The position numbers and the translations under genes are program-made. From Chloroflexota bacterium (GTDB lineage Bacteria > Chloroflexota > UBA6077 > FW602-bin22 > JAMCWG01): DNA of 64,000 bases. Shown in pieces: positions 56,981 through 64,000 of this stretch (positions are counted from its first letter, which is position 1; each line of letters opens with the position of its first letter). The notes beneath the pieces were generated by a model. It saw only the letters and a list, made by a program, of their open reading frames with translations, was not told the origin of the DNA and ran no database searches. The stretch is taken from positions 1,724-65,723 of the forward strand of contig JAMCWG010000129.1 in the NCBI GenBank assembly GCA_023475235.1, read 5' to 3'.

Positions 56981-57089
56981 CTACAGATTCCTCCTGCATC
57001 CGATCGGCGTGATGCGCCCTCATCTTTAAGCAACGACACTGTCGCGTCGCTTCCCCGTCTGCTGTGCAGACTCCCAGGAAGCACTAGGC

Positions 57090-57119
57090 ATTATAGCACG
57101 CCTTGCGCGCATCGGTCAA
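57090..57119 (-). promoter_or_regulatory. near-consensus sigma-70 promoter for the acs operon
   Basis: The minus strand reads TTGACC - 18 nt - TATAAT, about 110 nt upstream of the acsB ATG. Confidence 0.45.
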
Positions 57120-57135
57120 AGAATACGCCTATTGC

Positions 57136-57172
57136 AATTGCTCGATAGACCTATCCGCAGTATAGAGCAATT
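57136..57172. promoter_or_regulatory. inverted repeat AATTGCTC / GAGCAATT just upstream of the acs -35 box
   Basis: 8-bp arms separated by 21 nt in an AT-rich patch. Candidate regulator site. Confidence 0.25.
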
Positions 57173-57454
57173 TACTGAGCAGAAGTAAGGGACTTAGATC
57201 ACGTATCTGCGTAAAGACACGTAAGGAATCCTCGCTCCTTGGGTCGCGTCCTCGGAGAGCGCGGCGAAGAGGGCAGTGGGGGGACTGGCCAGCTCCTTGC
57301 GGCACCGATACAGGCCGGCCAGAGACAGCGTCTCCCAGCCTGGTGTAACCAAGAAGTGTTGTCGGTGTTTGCAGATGGAAGAGGTGACGAGTAAAATGCA
57401 GGTAAGTACTCGCGGCATTGCAGGGTCTCGCTGTCGCAACGGCGATCGAAGAGA

Positions 57455-57480
57455 GGGGGCGAGGCAAGCCTCGCCCCTAC
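57455..57480. repeat. REP-like palindrome, family A, copy 3
   Basis: ggggcgaggc-aa-gcctcgcccc followed by tac: a 10-bp perfect stem with the same GGGGCG...CGCCCCTAC ends as the other copies. Confidence 0.6.
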
Positions 57481-57534
57481 GAAGAAGAGACCCTGCGGGC
57501 GAGCGGATACATACCGCAGCGGAGGTAGATTAGC

Positions 57535-57693
57535 GTGGTCATTCCAAGCGACCTGACATTCTGGAGTGCAATCTTAGCCCTGGTGATAGGCGTCCTCGTG
57601 CTGGTCCTGCCGAGGTTCAGCACCTACCTCATCGCGGTGTATTTGATTGTCACCGGCCTGCTGGGCGTCCTCAGCCACCTGGTGGCCGGCTGA
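57535..57693 (+). CDS. DUF3096-like small membrane protein (52 aa)
   Basis: Absent from the ORF track. GTG lies 8 nt after GGAGGT. Translation VVIPSDLTFWSAILALVIGVLVLVLPRFSTYLIAVYLIVTGLLGVLSHLVAG has the two-helix P-R...YLIV.G pattern of DUF3096. Confidence 0.6.
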   Translation: MVIPSDLTFWSAILALVIGVLVLVLPRFSTYLIAVYLIVTGLLGVLSHLVAG

Positions 57694-57819
57694 TGAGCCC
57701 AGCCTGCGGCCGTCGACGTGGTATAGTGTAAGCAAAAGGCTGGGAACCCAGCGACCAAAGGAGACCTGACACTGAACCTGGACGAGAGACGGCGGTTGGC
57801 GAGCAGGGGCACCGGTCAG

Positions 57820-60270
57820 ATGCGACGGGTGCAGGCTGCACGCTCGCTCCGCCAGAGTACCGAGCCCAAAAAGGCGAACAGCGCCGCTGGATGCTGGCTG
57901 AAGGCGGGGGCCGCCATCCTGGTGCTGACCACCCTGATGCTGCTCTTCCTCGGCTTTGCCGCCGGTGCAGCCGCCGCCGCCTATTCCTACTACGCCAATA
58001 GCCTTCCCTCACCCGAGCGCGTCATCCAGCACGAGACCTTCAAGTCGGCGATGATCTACGATCGGCACGGGACTCTGCTCTACGAAGCATGGGACCCCAA
58101 CGCCGGGCGGCTGATAGAGGGCGTGCGCAGCCAGATGTCGCCGCACCTCATCGACGCTACCCTGTCCACGGAGGACCCCAACTTCTACGAGAACCCCGGC
58201 TTCGATATAAAAAGCATCATCCGGGCGGCCTGGCAGAACCTGACCAACAATCGAGTGATGTCCGGCAGCAGCACGATCACAATGCAGCTCATCAGGCAGA
58301 CCGTGCTGGACCCCGAGGAGCGCCTCTCCCAGACCTACACGCGCAAGATCAAGGAGGCGATCTTGGCCTATCAGCTCTCGAGGACGTACACCAAGGACCA
58401 GATCCTTCAGATGTACCTGAACGAGATTTATTATGGGAACAACTCCTACGGAGTGGAGGCGGCAGCCGAGAGCTACTTCGGCAAGTCGGCCAAGGACCTC
58501 GACCTGGCCGAGGCGGCGATGCTGGCCGGCCTGCCTTCCTCGCCGGTGAACCTCGACCCCATCACCAACTACCGGGGCGCCAAGCAGCGGCAGGAAGCAG
58601 TCCTGGACTTGATGGTGCGGCACGGCTACGCCACCCCACTGGACGCCTGGAACGCCAAGCGCGAGAAGCTGAACTTCGCCGCCCAGGAGACCGAGATCCG
58701 TGCGCCCCACTTCGTGTGGTATGTTCGGGACCAACTGGAGCGGCGCTTCGGGAGGGAGAAGCTGTACAGCGGCGGGCTGCGCGTGTCCACCACGCTGGAC
58801 CTGCCGATGCAAGAGATGGCGGAGAACGTTGCCCGCTCCCAGCTCGAGAAGATCCGCCAGAACAACGCCAACAACGCCGCCATCGTGGCGATGGACCCCA
58901 AGACCGCCGAGATCCTGGTGATGGTGGGCAGCGCCGACTACTACAACGCCGACATCGATGGGCAGGTGAACATGGCGCTGGCCGAGCGGCAGCCGGGCTC
59001 CACCCTCAAGCCGTTCACCTATCTGCTGGCCTTCAGCAAGGGAATGGCCCCCGCCAGCATCATCGTGGACGAGCCGCGCAGCTTCCCCGGCGGGGCCGGC
59101 CAGCCCGACTACCGCCCGAAGAATCACGATAACAGGTTCCTGGGCCCCATCAGCCTGCGGCGGGCGCTCGCCGGCTCACGCAACATCCCGGCCGTGCTCA
59201 TACTGCAGCGGGTGGGTATTCCAAACCTCCTCGACCTCCTCCACCAGGCGGGCATCACCACCCTGACCGATCCCAACCGCTACGGCCTCGCTCTCACCCT
59301 GGGCGGCGGCGAGGTGAAGCTCCTCGACATGGTGTATGCGTACTCCAGCCTGGCCAACTACGGGCTGCAATTCGGGGCGCCGGTGCCGGCCAACGAGCGG
59401 CAGCCGGGCTATCGGGAGTACGAGCCGGTGGCGATAACCAAGGTTACCGACGCCGACGGCAAGGTGCTCTACGAGTACAAGCCCTCGGCAGGCAAGCAGT
59501 TGTTCCCGCCCCAGCTTGCTTTCCTCATCACCAACGTCCTCTCCGACGATGAGGCGCGGGTCGATACCTACGGCCGCCACAGTGTGCTGGAGCTCTCACG
59601 GCCGGATGCCGCGAAGACCGGCACGACGGACGATTACCGCGATGGCTGGACGCTGGGATACACACCCGACCTGGTGGCCGGGGTCTGGATCGGCAACGCC
59701 GACAACGAGCCGATGACCAATATCCTGGCCGTGGCGGGCGCTGGCAAGATCTGGCACGATTTCATGGAGGCGGCCATCAAGGACACGCCGGTGCACGACT
59801 TTCTCGTGCCGCCGGGCGTGGTGAAGGCCACCGTCAGCCGGAGGACGGGTCTGCGCGCTGGGCCAGGCGTTCCAGGCGTCACCGACTGGTTCCTGGAGGG
59901 AATGGCCCCAACAGAGACAGAGATACTGACGCCTACCCCATCCCCTACCGCTACCCCCGCGCCGACCGGCACCCCTACCCGGACGCGTACGCCGGTGCGC
60001 CCCACACAGCCCACGCCTTCATCGGTGTCTGGGGACCGCGTGGTGGTGCCAGACGTGGTGCGCTTGCCCGAAGCGGAGGCCAGGCGGAGGATCGAGGCGG
60101 CCGGCCTGCGCAACTCCTTTACCAACTACCAGTCAGAGCAGGACGTCGCCCCCTCCAGCCGGGAGTTCTTCCGAAGCGTGCCGCCCGGCTCTGTGCTCAG
60201 CCAGAGCCCGCCCGCCGGCACATTGGTGGCGCCGGGAACGACCATAAACATCGCTGTCCGCAAGCAGTAG
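57820..60270 (+). CDS. class A penicillin-binding protein (glycosyltransferase + transpeptidase) with C-terminal PASTA domain
   Basis: GT51 motifs (EDPNFYENPG, RKIKEA), transpeptidase motifs (STLKP, SRN, KTGTT), a Thr/Pro linker, then a PASTA-like VVPDVVRLPEAEARRRIEAAGL...SQSPPAG. The start could be the TTG at 57796. Confidence 0.88.
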   Translation: MRRVQAARSLRQSTEPKKANSAAGCWLKAGAAILVLTTLMLLFLGFAAGAAAAAYSYYANSLPSPERVIQHETFKSAMIYDRHGTLLYEAWDPNAGRLIEGVRSQMSPHLIDATLSTEDPNFYENPGFDIKSIIRAAWQNLTNNRVMSGSSTITMQLIRQTVLDPEERLSQTYTRKIKEAILAYQLSRTYTKDQILQMYLNEIYYGNNSYGVEAAAESYFGKSAKDLDLAEAAMLAGLPSSPVNLDPITNYRGAKQRQEAVLDLMVRHGYATPLDAWNAKREKLNFAAQETEIRAPHFVWYVRDQLERRFGREKLYSGGLRVSTTLDLPMQEMAENVARSQLEKIRQNNANNAAIVAMDPKTAEILVMVGSADYYNADIDGQVNMALAERQPGSTLKPFTYLLAFSKGMAPASIIVDEPRSFPGGAGQPDYRPKNHDNRFLGPISLRRALAGSRNIPAVLILQRVGIPNLLDLLHQAGITTLTDPNRYGLALTLGGGEVKLLDMVYAYSSLANYGLQFGAPVPANERQPGYREYEPVAITKVTDADGKVLYEYKPSAGKQLFPPQLAFLITNVLSDDEARVDTYGRHSVLELSRPDAAKTGTTDDYRDGWTLGYTPDLVAGVWIGNADNEPMTNILAVAGAGKIWHDFMEAAIKDTPVHDFLVPPGVVKATVSRRTGLRAGPGVPGVTDWFLEGMAPTETEILTPTPSPTATPAPTGTPTRTRTPVRPTQPTPSSVSGDRVVVPDVVRLPEAEARRRIEAAGLRNSFTNYQSEQDVAPSSREFFRSVPPGSVLSQSPPAGTLVAPGTTINIAVRKQ

Positions 60271-60280
60271 GGCAGCGACA

Positions 60281-61783
60281 GTGGCTGAGAAATCGGTCAT
60301 CATAATAGGTGCCGGGCTGGCCGGACTGTCGGTCGGCTGCTACGCCCAGATGAACGGCTACCGCAGCCACATCTTCGAGCACCACTCGCTGCCCGGCGGG
60401 GTAGCGACCGCATGGAAGCGTGACGGGTACACTATCGATGGGGGTATCCACTTCCTGTGGGGCCACAAGCCCGGCTCACCGGGCTACGCGCTGTGCCAGG
60501 AGCTGCGCATACCCCAGTCAAACCCCTGTGTGGACCTTGAGGGCTACCGCTACATCGACGAGAGCACAGGGCGCACCGTGGATATCGGCCAGGACCTGGA
60601 CGGGCTGGCAGACCGGCTGAAGGCGCTGTCGCCGGCCGACAGCGGGACCGTCGACGAGCTGGTGGCCGGGGCCCGTGACATCTGGCGCGCCGGCGTCCTG
60701 GGCGCCGACTTCGGCACTCCCCCCGAGTTGGCCGGCCCCCTGGGCGGGCTCAAACAAATGTGGGGGCTGCGGCGCGTGCTCAAATACTTCACCGGCCAGT
60801 GGGCACAGCCCGTCGAGCGCTACGTCCAGGGGATTCACGATCCATGCCTGCGCCGCATCGTCGAGAATATCTTCCTGCCGGAGGTGCCCGTATGGTTCGC
60901 TTTGATGCTTCTGGGCATGCTCGGAGACCGGCAGCTCGGCCTGCTGGAAGAGGGCTCCCTCCACTTCGCGCTATCTGTCGAGCGCCGCTACAAGGAGATG
61001 GGCGGGGAAGCAACGTACAAAGCGAGGGTGAAGGAAATCCTGGTGGAGGATGATCGGGCTGTCGGCGTGCGCTTGATTGACGGCAGCCAGCACCGCGCCG
61101 ACATCGTGGTATCTGCTGCCGACGGCTACAGCACTATCTTCGAAATGCTCGGCGGCCGTTACATCGACGCCCGGATCGAAGACCGATATCGGAACTGGAA
61201 GCTGTTTCGCCCGATGGTGATGATCAGCTTCGGGCTCGCCCGCGCCTTCGTGGGCGAGCCCCCGATGAGCTTCGTGATATTGAGAGACCCGTTCGAGGTC
61301 GGCGCGCAGGCCATCGGCCAGATCTTTGTCCGGGTCTTCAACTACAGCTCCAAGTTCGCTCCGCCCGGCAGGACGCTCTTGCAGGCCTCGTTCGAGACGG
61401 AGTGGGACTACTGGAGCGAGCTGAGGGCCGCGGACCACCTCCGCTACGATGCCGAAAAGGAGCGGGTGGCAGCGGACGTGCTGCGGCGACTGGAAGCGCA
61501 CTATCCCGGTATTTCCTCCCAGGTAGAGATGACCGATGTAGCTACTCCGTTCATCACCTGGCGCTACACCCGTAACTACAAGGGAGCTTTCGAAGGCTGG
61601 CTGCCAACGCCAGAGGCCATCACCACCAGCATCGCGAGGACGCTGCCGGGGCTCGCCAACTTCTATATGGCGGGCCAGTGGGTGATGCCGGGCGGCGGAG
61701 TCCTCCCCTGCCTCGCCTCCGGCCGCCAGGCAGCACAGATCATTTGCCGGCGGGACGGCAAGCCGTTCGTCGCCAGCTATTGA
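60281..61783 (+). CDS. phytoene desaturase (CrtI)-family NAD(P)/FAD-dependent oxidoreductase
   Basis: VIIIGAGLAGLS dinucleotide fold. 500 aa of CrtI/amine-oxidase-like sequence. Substrate unknown. Confidence 0.75.
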   Translation: MAEKSVIIIGAGLAGLSVGCYAQMNGYRSHIFEHHSLPGGVATAWKRDGYTIDGGIHFLWGHKPGSPGYALCQELRIPQSNPCVDLEGYRYIDESTGRTVDIGQDLDGLADRLKALSPADSGTVDELVAGARDIWRAGVLGADFGTPPELAGPLGGLKQMWGLRRVLKYFTGQWAQPVERYVQGIHDPCLRRIVENIFLPEVPVWFALMLLGMLGDRQLGLLEEGSLHFALSVERRYKEMGGEATYKARVKEILVEDDRAVGVRLIDGSQHRADIVVSAADGYSTIFEMLGGRYIDARIEDRYRNWKLFRPMVMISFGLARAFVGEPPMSFVILRDPFEVGAQAIGQIFVRVFNYSSKFAPPGRTLLQASFETEWDYWSELRAADHLRYDAEKERVAADVLRRLEAHYPGISSQVEMTDVATPFITWRYTRNYKGAFEGWLPTPEAITTSIARTLPGLANFYMAGQWVMPGGGVLPCLASGRQAAQIICRRDGKPFVASY

Positions 61784-61879
61784 CCGGCGCTTTGCCCCCG
61801 GCTAGAATCTCCTTCGCAGTATGATCTCGGCCCGACAACGGGCATCCCACTGCCGAATTCCGCGGATGGAGGAATGGGC

Positions 61880-63277
61880 ATGGGACTGTTAGTCGAGGAG
61901 ATCCCTGGCGCCTTGACCCCGTACGCCTGCTTCGCAGCTTTCCGTGATGCCTCCCACCCCGTTCTGCTCGACAGCGGCATAGGGCACGAGCGGCTGGGCC
62001 GCTACTCGTACCTCAGCGCTGACCCACGGCTCACGCTTCGCTCCAAGGGGAGTCGCGTCCATCTATCGGGCACCGCGCACGACCAGGTCGTCTCGGGCGA
62101 TCCCTTCGCCCTGCTGCAGCGGCTGCTGTGCGAGAACAGGACCGAGGCCATGGCCGGTCTGCCCCCCTTCCAGGGAGGGGCCGTCGGCTACTTCGCCTAC
62201 GAGCTCGGCCATCACCTGGAGCGCCTCCCGTATCGCGCCGTCGACGACCTGCATCTGCCCGAAATGTACCTGGGCTTCTACGATTGGGTCCTCGCCCACG
62301 ACCACCAGATGGGCCGGAGCTACTTGATGGTCTGTTATCATGACGACGTCGTGGCTGCCCGGGAGCGAACGAGGAGACTGCGGGAACGGCTGGAGCCCGC
62401 GCCTCCGCAGCCGCCGGATGAAGCGATCCTCCCGGCAGCCGGTCCGCTGCGCTCCGCTTTCACGCGCGCCGCGTACCTGGCGGCCGTAGCTCGGGTCAAA
62501 GAGCACATCGCGGCCGGCGATATCTATCAAGCCTGCCTCAGCCAGCGCTTTCAGGCCCGCTGGCCGGCCTCGCCGTGGGAGTTGTACCGGCGGCTCCGCC
62601 AGGTGAACCCGGCCCCCTTCGCCGCCTATCTCGGCTTCCAGGGCGCAGCGGTGGTAAGCGCCTCGCCGGAGCAGTTCCTGAAAGTGGAGGGCAGGCGGGT
62701 GGAGACGCGGCCGATGAAGGGCACCCGCCCCCGCGGGGGCACGCCGGCCCGAGACCGGGCACTGGCCGATGAATTGCAGTACAGCGAGAAGGACCGGGCA
62801 GAGAATGTGATGATCGTGGACCTGCTGCGCAACGACCTCGGACGGGTCTGCCGGGTAGGCTCCGTCCACGTGCCGGAACTGTGGGTGATCGAGCAGTACC
62901 CCACGGTGTGGCAGATGGTGTCGACCGTGCAGGGCGAGCTGGCCGAGGGGCGCGATGCGGTCGACCTGCTGCGGGCCTGCTTCCCCGGCGGGTCCATTAC
63001 GGGCGCGCCGAAGATCCGGGCCATCGAGATCATCGACGACCTCGAGCCGACCCAGCGGAGCGTGTACTGCGGTGCCATCGGATACATCGGGTACAATGGC
63101 AACATGAACACGAATGTGGCCATCCGGACTCTTATTATCAAGGACGACCAGGTATACTTCCAGGTAGGTGGCGGGATCGTTGCCGACTCCGATCCCGAGG
63201 CCGAGTATCAGGAGACCCTCGACAAGGCCAGGGGGTCGATTCTTGCTTTGCAGGGGGTAGCCCATGCTGTTCGTTGA
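61880..63277 (+). CDS. pabB: aminodeoxychorismate synthase component I (chorismate-binding enzyme family)
   Basis: Chorismate-utilising C-terminal motifs (SPEQFL, GTRPRG, DRAENVMIVDL, FPGGSITGAPK). The second ATG (61880) lies 6 nt after GGAGGA. Followed by an overlapping class IV aminotransferase-fold gene. Confidence 0.8.
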   Translation: MGLLVEEIPGALTPYACFAAFRDASHPVLLDSGIGHERLGRYSYLSADPRLTLRSKGSRVHLSGTAHDQVVSGDPFALLQRLLCENRTEAMAGLPPFQGGAVGYFAYELGHHLERLPYRAVDDLHLPEMYLGFYDWVLAHDHQMGRSYLMVCYHDDVVAARERTRRLRERLEPAPPQPPDEAILPAAGPLRSAFTRAAYLAAVARVKEHIAAGDIYQACLSQRFQARWPASPWELYRRLRQVNPAPFAAYLGFQGAAVVSASPEQFLKVEGRRVETRPMKGTRPRGGTPARDRALADELQYSEKDRAENVMIVDLLRNDLGRVCRVGSVHVPELWVIEQYPTVWQMVSTVQGELAEGRDAVDLLRACFPGGSITGAPKIRAIEIIDDLEPTQRSVYCGAIGYIGYNGNMNTNVAIRTLIIKDDQVYFQVGGGIVADSDPEAEYQETLDKARGSILALQGVAHAVR

Positions 63278-64000
63278 CGGGCATCTGCTGCCCGAGGATG
63301 CCGTGCATATCTCTGCCCTGGACCGGGGCTTCACCCTGGGCGACAGCGTGTTCGAGACCATCCGCGTGCACCGGGGGCAGCCTTTCCGCCTCGCCGCACA
63401 TCTGGAACGGCTGCGTCGCTCGGGAAGAGCCATCGGCCTGGACATACCCCAAACCGACTCCCAACTGGCCGGCGCGCTGGAGGCCATACTAAAGGGGGAA
63501 GCCGCCCCCCGGGGCGACAATCTCTCCGAGGCGGTGGCACGGCTCACCGTGAGCCGGGGGATTGCCAGGGTCCGCGGACTGCTTCCCTTTACCGAAGCGC
63601 CCACCGTGGTGATACAGCCGTCTCCCTTCGCCGCGCCCGCCGTCGACAAATACGTGAATGGCGTGCGGGCCATCGTCAGCCGCATCCGGCGCAACGAGAC
63701 CTCGCCGACCGCCTCCATCAAGTCGGGGAGCTACCTGGACAGCGTCCTGGCCAGGATGGAGGCCCAGCGGAACGGCGCCGATGATGCGCTTTTCCTGAAC
63801 ACCGCCGGACAGCTCGCCTGCGTCACGGCCGCCAATCTGTTCTGGGTGAAGGGCGGTACCCTGTGCACGCCGGCCATCACCTGCGGCGTGCTGGCTGGCA
63901 TCGTCAGAGAGATGGTGATCCAGTGGGCCCTCGACAACGATATCACCGCCCAGGCGGTGGCCGACCCGCTAGAAGCATTGCTGGGCAGCGACGAAGCCTT
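63264..64000 (+). CDS. pabC: aminodeoxychorismate lyase / class IV aminotransferase fold, 3'-truncated by the window edge
   Basis: Absent from the ORF track because no stop lies in the window. The ATG at 63264 overlaps the pabB end by 14 nt. My translation MLFVDGHLLPEDAVHISALDRGFTLGDSVFETIRV... and later IKSGSYLDSVLA fit the fold-type IV PLP enzyme pattern. Confidence 0.75.
   Translation, partial: MLFVDGHLLPEDAVHISALDRGFTLGDSVFETIRVHRGQPFRLAAHLERLRRSGRAIGLDIPQTDSQLAGALEAILKGEAAPRGDNLSEAVARLTVSRGIARVRGLLPFTEAPTVVIQPSPFAAPAVDKYVNGVRAIVSRIRRNETSPTASIKSGSYLDSVLARMEAQRNGADDALFLNTAGQLACVTAANLFWVKGGTLCTPAITCGVLAGIVREMVIQWALDNDITAQAVADPLEALLGSDEA

Noticed and set aside
57180-57460. Possible cobalamin riboswitch upstream of the corrinoid-dependent acs cluster
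   Set aside because: I could not find a B12 box or the conserved GGTGAAA/GCCACTG cores on either strand. The region also lies upstream of the predicted acs promoter, so it would not be in that transcript.
62063-63721. 552-aa minus-strand ORF
   Set aside because: It is antisense to pabB and pabC, both of which have clear family motifs. It is a shadow ORF.

Overview
High-GC (about 63-66% on hand-counted lines) bacterial chromosomal segment, densely coded and mostly core metabolism. All product calls come from recognising motifs in the supplied translations. No searches were run, and start codons were refined by eye from RBS spacing. Content in order: (1) pentose-phosphate supercluster tkt-rpiB-(tal-pgi fusion)-HAD-gnd-zwf-pgl. 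(2) Sugar-acid and oxidoreductase genes (uxuA, Gfo/Idh/MocA, aldo/keto reductase), an orphan family-5 ABC binding protein, and a tldD-pmbA pair followed by an untracked 51-codon Cys-rich ORF. (3) Orphan PorD-like ferredoxin and mdh. (4) The conserved block rpsB-tsf-pyrH-frr-uppS-cdsA-dxr-rseP-ispG-proS. (5) A polytopic-membrane/clan-A glycosidase fusion and a frameshifted small ferredoxin. (6) A Bacillus-type Rieske/cytochrome b6/subunit IV-cyt c operon headed by a PSCyt-domain cytochrome c and followed by an anchored monoheme cytochrome c. (7) Tat-DUF362, a URO-D family protein and a second orphan binding protein. (8) About 1 kb of lower-GC DNA with no credible gene, then a lower-GC ICMT-like methyltransferase - GH3 family - 7TM/GAF histidine kinase operon. 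(9) Rubrerythrin. (10) The Wood-Ljungdahl carbonyl-branch cluster acsB-acsD-acsC-RACo-cooC-acsE, with no CODH catalytic subunit in the window. (11) DUF3096, a PBP1A with PASTA domain, a CrtI-like oxidoreductase and pabB-pabC. Two families of REP-like palindromes sit at gene ends. I found no rRNA, tRNA, CRISPR array, transposase or prophage. Gene content (168-aa EF-Ts, archaeal-type ProRS, ACS without CODH) suggests Chloroflexota, but this is unverified. I did not find one unambiguous new system. The best candidates are the tldD-pmbA-small peptide unit, the ICMT-GH3-kinase operon, the CODH-less ACS cluster and the membrane-glycosidase fusion.
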